From the IMG/VR virus record IMGVR_UViG_3300044615_001001, positions 1-53,232 of that record: a stretch of 53,232 nt of DNA, one strand, 5' to 3'. The position numbers were made by a program, and so were the translations under genes. This DNA comes from a virus. Taxonomy: Duplodnaviria > Caudoviricetes. Below the pieces are notes generated by a model. That model saw nothing but the letters and a program-made list of their open reading frames with translations. It did no database searches and had not been told where the DNA came from. Below are positions 16,656 through 24,662 of this stretch, one piece after another (position 1 is the stretch's first letter; each line of letters begins with the position of its first letter).

Positions 16656-17278
16656 CGATCAGCGAGATCCAGAGGACGATGCTTAACGAGGCGCTCCCGC
16701 GCGATCGCGTGGCGCAGCGTGAGCAGGCCGGGCGCGCGCTGTCGTACGTCGAGGGCTGGTGGGTGATCGCGGAGCTCAACCGCGTCTTCCCGTCGGGCTG
16801 GTCGTACGACGCGGGCGACACGCGCGAGGTGGCGCGAGAGCAGGACGACAAGGGGCGATGGCGCGTGAGCTACAGCGCGCGCTGCGTGCTCGAGGCTGGC
16901 GGCGTGCGCATCGTCGATCGCGGCCACGGCCACGGCATCGACAAGCAAGCCGGCATCGCGGTCGAGAGTGCCGAGAAGGAAGCGTGTACGGACGCGCTCA
17001 AGCGGTGCGCGAAGTCGCTGGGCTACAGGCTCGGCCTCGCGCTCTACGACAAGACGCAGGAACACGTCGCCGACGAAGCCGCGGAGCCGCAGGCGCCCGC
17101 GCACACGGCCTCGCAGGAGGCACGCGTCTACGACGACTGGAGCAGCGGAGTCATCCCGGCCGACGAGCTGCGCAAGCTCTGGCCGACGCTGAGTGACGGT
17201 CTGCGCAAGCGGATCAACGAAGAAAAGGCGCGGCGCAAGGCCGCACAGGGCGCGCAGGCGCAGAGCGGAGGTCGGTGA
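16652..17278 (+). CDS. Rad52/Rad22 (Sak)-family single-strand annealing protein
   Basis: LSYVEGWWVIAELNRVF..GWS, DRGHG, AEKEACTDALKRCAKSLG..LGLALYDK. Confidence 0.9.
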   Translation: MTISEIQRTMLNEALPRDRVAQREQAGRALSYVEGWWVIAELNRVFPSGWSYDAGDTREVAREQDDKGRWRVSYSARCVLEAGGVRIVDRGHGHGIDKQAGIAVESAEKEACTDALKRCAKSLGYRLGLALYDKTQEHVADEAAEPQAPAHTASQEARVYDDWSSGVIPADELRKLWPTLSDGLRKRINEEKARRKAAQGAQAQSGGR

Positions 17279-17625
17279 TGAGTGGAAGACCCGAGGTCAA
17301 GATCAGTCTCGCGAGCAAGGGCAAGGACGGCGATCGCGAGTACGTCGATCTGTTCGCGTTCTGGCGGAACGAGCGCGGCCAGCTCGGCGGCAAGGTCGAT
17401 CGCGGCGTGGCTGCGATCCAGATCATCCGCAAGGACGGCACGAAGGAGATCGTGAAGCCCGACGAAAAGGGCTACCTCGACGGTTGGTTCATCAACGCCA
17501 AGGTGGAGAGTGCGGGCGAGTCCGCGCCGCAGCGCACGCAGCGGTCGAGCAACGCGCGTCCACCGCAGTCGAGGCGCGAGGAGCCGGTCGACGACTTCGT
17601 GGACGACGACATCCCTTTTGATTGA
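17275..17625 (+). CDS. Putative single-stranded DNA-binding protein
   Basis: Acidic C-terminal tail DDDIPFD; follows the annealase. Confidence 0.65.
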   Translation: MMSGRPEVKISLASKGKDGDREYVDLFAFWRNERGQLGGKVDRGVAAIQIIRKDGTKEIVKPDEKGYLDGWFINAKVESAGESAPQRTQRSSNARPPQSRREEPVDDFVDDDIPFD

Positions 17626-17656
17626 CCCCACCGAGGTTGCGTTCGCCTCGGTGGGG
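17626..17656 (+). other. 11-bp-stem hairpin between ssb and HNH
   Basis: ccccaccgagg-9nt-cctcggtgggg directly before the HNH RBS; no U-tract. Confidence 0.55.
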
Positions 17657-17667
17657 CAGGAGGCAAG

Positions 17668-18087
17668 ATGGAACGTGAGAAGTGCGAGCGCCTGTTCAAC
17701 AAGCGTGTGACCAAGAGCGATGGTTGCTGGATTCACTCCGGGTCTCGCGCTTCTCACGGGTACCCACAAGCAACCGGTCTGGATGGCAGAACAAACACAG
17801 CGCACCGAGTCTCGTACATGCTCAATGTTGGCGAGATTCCAGCTGGGAAGTTCGTTTGCCACAAGTGCGACAACAGGCTTTGCGTAAGGCCTGACCATCT
17901 GTACGCGGGCACGCACCGAGAGAACATGCGTGACATGCGCGTGCGCGAGCGAAATATCCGGAAGCTCACGCACGAGCAGGCGGCCAGAATCAGGGCCGAC
18001 ACGCGGCCACAGCGGCAGATCGCAGCGGACTACGGCGTCAGCCAGTCCACGGTTTGGCACATCAAGATTGGTCGGACTCACTACTAG
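17668..18087 (+). CDS. HNH homing endonuclease with C-terminal HTH
   Basis: AHRVSY, VCHKCDNRLCVRPDHL..GT..EN, QRQIAADYGVSQSTV; lower GC than neighbours. Confidence 0.9.
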   Translation: MEREKCERLFNKRVTKSDGCWIHSGSRASHGYPQATGLDGRTNTAHRVSYMLNVGEIPAGKFVCHKCDNRLCVRPDHLYAGTHRENMRDMRVRERNIRKLTHEQAARIRADTRPQRQIAADYGVSQSTVWHIKIGRTHY

Positions 18088-18235
18088 GCCACCAGGCCGC
18101 GCGGCTCGTCCGCGCGCTGCGCTCGACAGCACCGCAGTCACGACCCTCCACGGCACCACGGCACCGGGCGATCCGGTGAGCCACGGAAGGCGACTGACAC
18201 GGCGTCTAGCTCAGCGCGGGCACGAGCGGAGGTGA

Positions 18236-18616
18236 GTGATGACGAACGAAGAACTGGCGGACATCCGCGCCTACGTCGCACAGCGCGCGGCAGCGCGAGC
18301 GCGAAGCGAGCACATCGACAGCGACGAGCGGCGCGAGGCTGCGCTGCTCGGGGCGCTCGACGAGGCGACGCGACAGCGCGACGAGGCACGCGTCGGCTAC
18401 GAAGCGGCGGTGCGCGATCTGCTCGCCGAGATCGACCGCCTGCGCGATTCGCACTCAACGCTCGTCAACCGCGTGCTCGACGTGGAGCGCGTGCTCGAGG
18501 ACGTCGGCTGTGACTGCGCGTGCGACCACGCGTCGCTCGAGGAGCACGAGCCCGATTGCCATCCGTGCGTCGCCTGCCGCGTCGCTGACGCGCTGTGGCC
18601 GGAGGCGGGACGATGA
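18236..18616 (+). CDS. Hypothetical protein (Ead/Ea22-like motif + Cys/His-rich C-terminus)
   Basis: LLAEIDRLR; CDCACDH...HEPDCHPCVAC; C-terminus shared with 20972..21307. Confidence 0.65.
   Translation: MMTNEELADIRAYVAQRAAARARSEHIDSDERREAALLGALDEATRQRDEARVGYEAAVRDLLAEIDRLRDSHSTLVNRVLDVERVLEDVGCDCACDHASLEEHEPDCHPCVACRVADALWPEAGR
18470..18601 (+). repeat. ~132-bp direct repeat copy 1
   Basis: First 66 bp identical to 21173..21238; remainder diverged. Confidence 0.9.
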
Positions 18617-18861
18617 CCGCGCCCACGGAACACGACCACCGCGCCGCGATCGCGGCGAACCTGGACCGCATCAAGCTGCCGACCTACGCGGATGCGGTGC
18701 GCGCGCTGCCCGTCATCCCGACGTGCGGTGACTGCGGGTGGCAGGCGTCGGCGCTGTCGAGGACAGGAGCCGTGATCCGCGTGTGCATCAAGAGCAAGGC
18801 GCGCGAGATCGACCTGTCGGCCGCACCGCCGTCGTGGTGCGAACTGCGAGACAAGCGATGA
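18613..18861 (+). CDS. Hypothetical Cys-containing protein
   Basis: TCGDC...C...PPSWCEL; ATGA coupling. Confidence 0.6.
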   Translation: MTAPTEHDHRAAIAANLDRIKLPTYADAVRALPVIPTCGDCGWQASALSRTGAVIRVCIKSKAREIDLSAAPPSWCELRDKR

Positions 18862-19235
18862 CCGACCTGTACGAAGCCCTCCGCGCCGCCATAGCGCCAG
18901 ACGGCCGCGTGCGCCTGACGCTGCCGCTGCTCACGGCGATGCGCGAGGAGGTCGAGCGACGGGAACGCGGCGAGTCGATCGAGGTGTTGCGCGAGCGAGC
19001 GGAGACCGCGGAGCGCGAGCTCGAAGGCGCAGAGCGCGAGGCCGACGAGCAGCGCGAGCGACGCAAGCGCGCCGAGCTCGAGCGCGATGGAGCGCACCAG
19101 CGGGCGGAGAAGGCCGAGCGCGACATGCACAACCTCATCGCCCACGCTCGCGCGTGCCTCGACCCCGAGATCGTCTCGCGCGACCCGGCACACGCGAGGC
19201 TGGCCGCGCTCCTCGAGCGCATCGAGGGCACATGA
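18858..19235 (+). CDS. Hypothetical coiled-coil protein
   Basis: ATGA coupling; E/R-rich. Confidence 0.6.
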   Translation: MTDLYEALRAAIAPDGRVRLTLPLLTAMREEVERRERGESIEVLRERAETAERELEGAEREADEQRERRKRAELERDGAHQRAEKAERDMHNLIAHARACLDPEIVSRDPAHARLAALLERIEGT

Positions 19236-19711
19236 GTGCCGCGCGCACGCTCACCGATGCCGATCCGTGGTTCGACGCGCACGAGGCAGCTGCGTACCTG
19301 CGGCTCTCCGAGTCACGCGTGCGCGACCTCGCGCGTGCTGGCGAGCTGCGCGAGGATGGACGCGGCCCGAAGGGCATCCGGATGTGGCGGCGCTCCACGC
19401 TTGACGCGTGGTTTGTGAGGAGACGAGACGATGCCGAAGCGACGAGACACGAAGCCGACCGCGCACTCAGGCATCCGCTCGACGGAGGGCGGGCACGTGG
19501 TTCGTGTGCGGGTCCGCGACCCTCGGACGGGGCAGGAGGTGGACCGCCCGCGCTTCGTGCCGGGGTCACTGCGGGAGGCGCTGCGCGTCCAGGCCGAGAT
19601 GCGCGCCGAGGTGCGCGAGCGGGGCAGGGTGACGCGCACGAAGCTGTCGGACTACGCGCGCTCGTGGCTCGCGAGAAAGCGGACCGCGCTCTCCGTCGCG
19701 ACGCTCGATAG
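19232..19711 (+). CDS. xis: Excisionase-like HTH protein (ORF extends into int)
   Basis: WFDAHEAAAYLRLSESRVRDLARAGEL...RRSTLDAW; directly upstream of the integrase. Confidence 0.75.
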   Translation: MSAARTLTDADPWFDAHEAAAYLRLSESRVRDLARAGELREDGRGPKGIRMWRRSTLDAWFVRRRDDAEATRHEADRALRHPLDGGRARGSCAGPRPSDGAGGGPPALRAGVTAGGAARPGRDARRGARAGQGDAHEAVGLRALVAREKADRALRRDAR

Positions 19712-20603
19712 GTACGCCGTCGCTCTCGAGGATCACATCATGCCGACGCTCGGCGCGTGGTACGTCGATGCGATCACGCCGGACGCGTGTGTCTCGTGGC
19801 GCGACGAGGCCGCGGCTCGCACCTACGGCGACAGGCGCACGTACGGCGCACGCACCATCAACGGATGGCTCCGCGTGCTCCGCACCGTGCTCGCCGATGC
19901 GTGCGTCGAGCTGCGTCTCGGGCCCTCGCCCGCGTCGAGGCTGCGCGCGCTGCCCGAGCCGCCAGCGTACGACGACAACGACCCGAACGTGCTCAGCGCG
20001 ACCGAGCTCGGCGCGCTACTCGTGGCGCTGCGCGAGACGGCCCCCGCGTGGTACGCGCTGATCGCGCTCATGGGCCTCACCGGCCTCCGCACGAGCGAGG
20101 CTACCGCGCTGCGCTGGTCGGACATCGACGGCGACGTCATCACGGTGCGCCGCTCGGCTGTGCGCGGGCACGTTCGCGAGCGCACGAAGACGGGCGCGGT
20201 GAGACGCGTGCCTCTCGCGCCCGTCGTGGTCGATGTGCTACGAGAGCAGCGTGCGGCGCTCGAGCTGCGCGCCCGCGAAGAGTCGATCGCGCGCGGCGAG
20301 ATCGTGCCGGCGAGCGAATGGGTGTTTCCGTCGGACGTGGGCACACCGCGCTACGGCACCACGCTCGCGCGCCCCCTGCGCCGCGCGATGGTTGCCGCGG
20401 GCATAGAGCGCCGACTCACGCCGCACGGGCTGAGGCGCACCTTGAACGACGTGCTGCGCGTGGTCGCCTCGGCCGACGTCCAGAAGGCGATCACGGGGCA
20501 CAGTAGCGAGGCGATGCGCCAGCACTACGCGCATGTGCGCGTCGAGGAGCGCGCGGCAGCGATCGCACGCGTCGCAGACGTTGTGCGTCTGGAGCGACGG
20601 TGA
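19431..20603 (+). CDS. int: Tyrosine integrase
   Basis: Catalytic residues GLRTSE (R), KTG (K), HGLRR (HxxR), TGH, HY. Confidence 0.95.
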   Translation: MPKRRDTKPTAHSGIRSTEGGHVVRVRVRDPRTGQEVDRPRFVPGSLREALRVQAEMRAEVRERGRVTRTKLSDYARSWLARKRTALSVATLDRYAVALEDHIMPTLGAWYVDAITPDACVSWRDEAAARTYGDRRTYGARTINGWLRVLRTVLADACVELRLGPSPASRLRALPEPPAYDDNDPNVLSATELGALLVALRETAPAWYALIALMGLTGLRTSEATALRWSDIDGDVITVRRSAVRGHVRERTKTGAVRRVPLAPVVVDVLREQRAALELRAREESIARGEIVPASEWVFPSDVGTPRYGTTLARPLRRAMVAAGIERRLTPHGLRRTLNDVLRVVASADVQKAITGHSSEAMRQHYAHVRVEERAAAIARVADVVRLERR

Positions 20604-20611
20604 CGCGGCTC

Positions 20612-20632
20612 CGGGGTACTTGCGGGGTACCG
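20612..20632 (+). repeat. Integrase arm-type site candidate (left)
   Basis: cggggtacttgcggggtaccg, identical to 20787..20807. Confidence 0.75.
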
Positions 20633-20643
20633 AGCGCCGGTCT

Positions 20644-20690
20644 TGAAGCGGGACAAGGGATTCGAACCCTCGACTTCAACCTTGGCAAGG
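20644..20690 (-). other. attP core: 3' half of tRNA-Gly(GCC)
   Basis: Minus strand CCTTGCCAAGGTTGAAGTCGAGGGTTCGAATCCCTTGTCCCGCTTCA contains the anticodon loop, T arm and acceptor 3' strand; 5' half absent; about 40 nt after int. Confidence 0.9.
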
Positions 20691-20786
20691 GTGGCGCGAC
20701 TGAACAGATCGCCAGCGTTTCGAGCGATTTTCCCGAGCAAGACGACGATGCGTGACGGCGCTCGACGGGCGCTGACGGTGCGTGCG

Positions 20787-20807
20787 CGGGGTACTTGCGG
20801 GGTACCG
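20787..20807 (+). repeat. Integrase arm-type site candidate (right)
   Basis: Identical 21-mer to 20612..20632. Confidence 0.75.
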
Positions 20808-20971
20808 CGCTCGCCTGCTGGGGGTGCGCGGGACTCGAACCCGAGCACGACGCGCGCACGTAAGGCAATCCGACGAATCCGAGCGCAAGCGATGCGTCCG
20901 GATTGCGCGCGTTTCGCATGAGAACGAAAGTAACGCGGCGTTTGCTGGCGCAGTCCAGCGGAGGTGAGGCA

Positions 20972-21307
20972 ATGGGCGACAGCGACAAGTGGTGGCGGCA
21001 CACGTACCGTGTGCCATCGGAGCGGTTGCGGGAGCTCCGGGCCGGTCTCGTTGGCCAGACGGACCGAGACGTGGCGGTTGAGCTGCTCGGCGCGGCGGAG
21101 CGCATGGCCGGCGAGATCGAGCGCATGCGAGCCGCGCTCGATGTGTCAGGGGCGCAGGCCAATCTTGCCGAACGCGTGCTCGACGTGGAGCGCGTGCTCG
21201 AGGACGTCGGCTGTGACTGCGCGTGCGACCACGCGTCGGTCGAGGAGCACGAGCCCGAGTGTCGGCCGTGCGTTGCCTGCCGCGTCGCGCATGCGCTCTG
21301 GCCGTGA
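20972..21307 (+). CDS. Hypothetical protein with Cys/His-rich C-terminus
   Basis: GGAGGTG RBS; C-terminus paralogous to 18236..18616. Confidence 0.65.
   Translation: MGDSDKWWRHTYRVPSERLRELRAGLVGQTDRDVAVELLGAAERMAGEIERMRAALDVSGAQANLAERVLDVERVLEDVGCDCACDHASVEEHEPECRPCVACRVAHALWP
21173..21304 (+). repeat. ~132-bp direct repeat copy 2
   Basis: See 18470..18601. Confidence 0.9.
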
Positions 21308-21320
21308 AAATGGCTGGACC

Positions 21321-21351
21321 CACTTGCGCATTTAAGCGCCGGGTGTATATT
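21321..21351 (+). promoter_or_regulatory. Sigma70-like promoter (copy 1), leaderless transcript likely
   Basis: TTGCGC-16nt-TATATT-7nt-ATG; 28/31 identical to 22154..22184. Confidence 0.7.
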
Positions 21352-21358
21352 AAGACCC

Positions 21359-21613
21359 ATGACGGCGAACAAGACCTGGAAGCGCGGCGGCAAGAACGTG
21401 GTTACCGGCCAGGCTGTCGAGTGGAACGGCGAGGAGTACTTCGTGGACTCCTACTACCAGAAGGGTGGCGCGGAGCACTACGTGTACGACGCTGACTCGA
21501 TCGTTGGACAGGTGTCGACGGTCGACGGCGCGGACACTGCGGACTCGACGGCGCGCCTGTTCCGCTCGGCAATCACGAGCGACGACCTCCGCGCGATCGT
21601 CGACTCGCTGTGA
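21359..21613 (+). CDS. Small hypothetical protein
   Basis: 84-aa ORF with its own promoter and GC3-rich codons. Confidence 0.75.
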   Translation: MTANKTWKRGGKNVVTGQAVEWNGEEYFVDSYYQKGGAEHYVYDADSIVGQVSTVDGADTADSTARLFRSAITSDDLRAIVDSL

Positions 21614-21622
21614 TCCAGCGCC

Positions 21623-21673
21623 GAGGTCCTGTGTTTTGAGGTCCTGTGTTTTCGTGACGAGGTCCTGTGTTTG
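21623..21673 (+). repeat. Three copies of the 14-mer gaggtcctgtgttt
   Basis: Copies start at 21623, 21638 and 21659. Confidence 0.9.
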
Positions 21674-21715
21674 GCGCAGTCCAGCGGTTCGCCCGCAGCG
21701 AGTGGAGGTGAGTCG

Positions 21716-21895
21716 ATGACGAAGAGGCAGGCACGACGCATCCGGCGCAAGGCCAACGCGTGGGCCCGCGAGACGCGGCGCTTGATGCTGCATCGCGGCG
21801 AGGGCAAGCGTCGTCAGTGCACAACCGCCGAGCTGCGACGGTGGGCGCGTGAGTGGCCGTGGTTCCGCACCCGGGCTCGCTGGGAGACGTTGTGA
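21716..21895 (+). CDS. Small basic hypothetical protein
   Basis: GGAGGTG RBS; MTKRQARRIRRK. Confidence 0.5.
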   Translation: MTKRQARRIRRKANAWARETRRLMLHRGEGKRRQCTTAELRRWAREWPWFRTRARWETL

Positions 21896-22153
21896 CGAAG
21901 CGCGGCGCACAGAGGGCGCGTGGTCGAGCGAGGGCGCGTCGCCGCGCCATGCTCGGCACTTGCCGAGATCGAGTGGTGGATTCAGCGCATGGCGAATGAC
22001 AGAAGCGTCGCCGTCGTGTTCGCGTTGGCGTCCGAGGCCTTCGCGGTAGCAGCCGAGCGCGCAAACAAGCCGCGCGACGCGTAGCGACGCTGACGATTTT
22101 TCGCCAGCGATTCCGCGCATTTACGCGCCGTCGCGAAAATAGTTGTGGTCGGG

Positions 22154-22184
22154 CACTTGCGTATTTCAGCGCCGGGTCTATATT
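22154..22184 (+). promoter_or_regulatory. Sigma70-like promoter (copy 2)
   Basis: TTGCGT-16nt-TATATT-8nt-ATG(22193). Confidence 0.7.
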
Positions 22185-22192
22185 CACTCCAC

Positions 22193-22612
22193 ATGACGAC
22201 GGGCACGGAGCCCGACGCGAGGAGAGGCAAGACCATGAGCAGCTACACGATCACGGCGAACGGCAAGACGATGGGCACCTACGAGGGCGCGACGCGCGAC
22301 GAGGCGATCCTCGCCTACGTGCGCGATGCCGGGTACGCGAGCGTCGAGGATGCCGCGGAGACGCTCGGGCAGACGGCCGAGGCGTTCCTCGCGGCGCTGG
22401 TCGTCGACGAGGAGCGCGGGCTCGTGGCGGGGTGTCTGGCTGTCGAGGGTGGGCACACTGTAGTGCGCGTCGGCGCTCCGGCGCGTCGCGACATGGGCCG
22501 TCGCCACCGTCACACGTCCACCGGCCAGACCGCGGAGTCTCTCCTCAGCGTCGTGAGCGAGGATGAGGCGGAGAGTGGCATCGCGTCGGGTCGATACGTC
22601 GACGGGCGCTGA
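22193..22612 (+). CDS. Hypothetical protein (alternative start 22235)
   Basis: Follows the promoter; YTITANGKTMGTYEG...DAGY. Confidence 0.7.
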   Translation: MTTGTEPDARRGKTMSSYTITANGKTMGTYEGATRDEAILAYVRDAGYASVEDAAETLGQTAEAFLAALVVDEERGLVAGCLAVEGGHTVVRVGAPARRDMGRRHRHTSTGQTAESLLSVVSEDEAESGIASGRYVDGR

Positions 22613-22720
22613 CCCACCACGATCCTCCGCCCACGCGGAGATGCGCGCCCCGAGAGGATCGCGCCGGCTCGCTACCGGCAGGGCGCATCGCGGCACAGGG
22701 CCGCACGAGGAGAGACGACG

Positions 22721-23104
22721 ATGACGACCACGAGCACCACGATCGGATACCTCGCCACAACCGCCGAGGACTGGCGCGCCGTTGCGCGCGCCGCCGATGC
22801 GCTGGGCGCGTCCGCCGATGACTGCTGGGCGGCATCGGACGACGCGTGGGACCGCGGCGACCTTTCCGCCGCGCGCATGCTCGCTCGCGCCGCGGCCTGG
22901 TTCTCCGAGACGCCCTCGCAGCGTCGCGCCTCGCGCGCGTTTGACGCGCCCGAGTCCAGGGGGCTCGACACGATTGGATCCGACTCGATCGCGACCTCTG
23001 GCGTGCCGTCCGCGCATGACCGTCGGCGACATGACGCGCGACCGGGCGCCTTCTGTGTCTGCGACGCGTGCGCTTACACCGGTTCTGCTAGGGGGGCGTG
23101 GTGA
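22721..23104 (+). CDS. Hypothetical protein
   Basis: GAGGAG RBS; 127 aa. Confidence 0.6.
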   Translation: MTTTSTTIGYLATTAEDWRAVARAADALGASADDCWAASDDAWDRGDLSAARMLARAAAWFSETPSQRRASRAFDAPESRGLDTIGSDSIATSGVPSAHDRRRHDARPGAFCVCDACAYTGSARGAW

Positions 23105-23289
23105 CCGACCGCATGCAGCGCGCGCAGGCCGCCTACGACGCGGCCGAGCCGGATGACACGGAGTGGGTCGAGTGCCCCGAGTGCGGCGGCTCGGGGGGCG
23201 TCTCGGCGTGCGACTCGGAGGGCGAGTACCTCGGGGAGTGCCCGCGGTGCGGCGGTGCGGGCGAGGTGCGGCAGGAGGGCGAGTCATGA
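23101..23289 (+). CDS. Small DnaJ-type zinc-finger protein
   Basis: CPECGGSG...CPRCGGAG. Confidence 0.65.
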   Translation: MTDRMQRAQAAYDAAEPDDTEWVECPECGGSGGVSACDSEGEYLGECPRCGGAGEVRQEGES

Positions 23290-23585
23290 CGACGTGCAAG
23301 GCCTGCGGCGGCGAGTACGTGGCCGGCGAGCGATGCCCCGCCCGAGGCGACGAGGCGCACACGCGCGGCCGTGGGCGGCCCGCCTACGCCGACGACGAGC
23401 GACGCAGCGTGCGTCTCGAGGTGCGTCTCAGCGCCGACGAGGACGCGGAGGTGCGCGCCTACGCCGAGAGGCGCGAGCAGCCGATCGCCGAGGCTGTGCG
23501 TGACGCGGTGCTCAGGGCCGCGCGTCGGGCCACCGCTCCGACCAGCGACGCAGCACCGTCACCTCGTCGTCGTCGAGCGACGTGA
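23286..23585 (+). CDS. Ribbon-helix-helix-like DNA-binding protein
   Basis: GRGRP, then RSVRLEVRLSADE...AYAE....IAEAVRD. Confidence 0.6.
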   Translation: MTTCKACGGEYVAGERCPARGDEAHTRGRGRPAYADDERRSVRLEVRLSADEDAEVRAYAERREQPIAEAVRDAVLRAARRATAPTSDAAPSPRRRRAT

Positions 23586-24291
23586 CCGACCACAGCCACA
23601 CCCCCGGCACGTCCACCGCGCCGCGCTCGTCGAGGCACACGCGCCGCAGGTCGGCCTCCAGGCGCGTGCCACCGTCCTGGCCCTCGGCCGTCTCGGTGCG
23701 CCGCTCGTAGAGCGCGACGTGAGGCAGCACGCGGGCACGTCCCCACGTCCGCGCGTGCTCGGCGATGCCAGCCCGCGCTCGCGACGAGGCCGCCCGCTCG
23801 TAGCACTGCCAGCCGAGCCATCCCGCGTCATGCGTGCGAGACCAGTCCGCCAGCGTCGCCCACGGCCAGCGCGTCCCGCGGTCGCTGGGAGCTCCCAGCG
23901 TCGTTACTGCGACGGGGATGCCGCCCGAGCCAGCGACGCACGCGTCCAGCGTGGCACGCAGTGCCGGGCCGCGACGCTGGTACGGCGCCTCGGCGTCGAG
24001 GATGGCTGTAGAGGCGCGCACGAGCAGCGACGAGGCCGTGAGGCGCGCTGCGACGTCGGCCGGGTCCTTGACGGCGTCGGAGCCTGGGAAGCTGTACACG
24101 TGCACGGCCAGTCCCTCCGCGCGAGCGTCGGCGGCCCACGAGGAGAGTTGCGCGCCGGTCGCGCGCCAGCCGCTCACGGCCTCCGCGCACAGTGCGACGT
24201 GGCGCACGCCAGCGAGACGCAGGCGGCGAGCGGTGCGGCGGGAGAGGCCGCCGCGCTGGAGGTAGACGCCGAGTCCGCGGGGCGCGCTCAC
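23512..24291 (-). CDS. Putative glycoside hydrolase (GH25-like TIM barrel); candidate endolysin
   Basis: GLAVHVYSF and ILDAEA (DxE) motifs, WQCY, GVWLWS; last gene of the late operon. Confidence 0.5.
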   Translation of the reverse strand: MSAPRGLGVYLQRGGLSRRTARRLRLAGVRHVALCAEAVSGWRATGAQLSSWAADARAEGLAVHVYSFPGSDAVKDPADVAARLTASSLLVRASTAILDAEAPYQRRGPALRATLDACVAGSGGIPVAVTTLGAPSDRGTRWPWATLADWSRTHDAGWLGWQCYERAASSRARAGIAEHARTWGRARVLPHVALYERRTETAEGQDGGTRLEADLRRVCLDERGAVDVPGVWLWSVTSLDDDEVTVLRRWSERWPDARP

Positions 24292-24485
24292 CGCACCACC
24301 TCGCGTCGGTCCACGTCGCGCATCGCCGCGATCTCGCGTGCGTAGTGCGCGCGGATGCGGCGGCCCTCCTCATGCGCCGCGAGGATCTCCTCTCGTGTCG
24401 GCGTCCTGACGACCGCGGACAGCCACGCCTGGCCGATGGTCCGCCATCCGCTCATGTCGATCGCGCTCACCAGATCCGCTCCCAT
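24288..24485 (-). CDS. Hypothetical protein
   Basis: Coupled 65-aa ORF. Confidence 0.45.
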   Translation of the reverse strand: MGADLVSAIDMSGWRTIGQAWLSAVVRTPTREEILAAHEEGRRIRAHYAREIAAMRDVDRREVVR

Positions 24486-24649
24486 CTCGCGAGGTCTTGC
24501 GCTCGCGCGTCACGTCGCATCGTCGCGCCCCACTCCGTGCGCACCGCGAGCGTCACCCACTCGCCGATCACCTCGGTCACGCGCCAGATAAAGCGCGGGT
24601 CGTCGGGGTCGCGCAGCTGGTCACCGCGCACGTAGGGCACACGCTCCAT
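24467..24649 (-). CDS. Hypothetical protein
   Basis: GGAGG RBS; 60 aa. Confidence 0.55.
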   Translation of the reverse strand: MERVPYVRGDQLRDPDDPRFIWRVTEVIGEWVTLAVRTEWGATMRRDARAQDLARWERIW

Positions 24650-24662
24650 GCGTCCTCCACCC

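Noticed and set aside
20644-20720. Full tRNA-Gly gene
   Set aside because: The 5' acceptor strand and a proper D arm are missing; treated as the attP core.
18470-21304. DGR template/variable repeat pair
   Set aside because: No reverse transcriptase is encoded, mismatches are not adenine-specific, and both copies are coding.
21623-21673. Mini CRISPR array
   Set aside because: The 14-nt repeats have gaps of only 1-7 nt, with no spacers and no cas genes.
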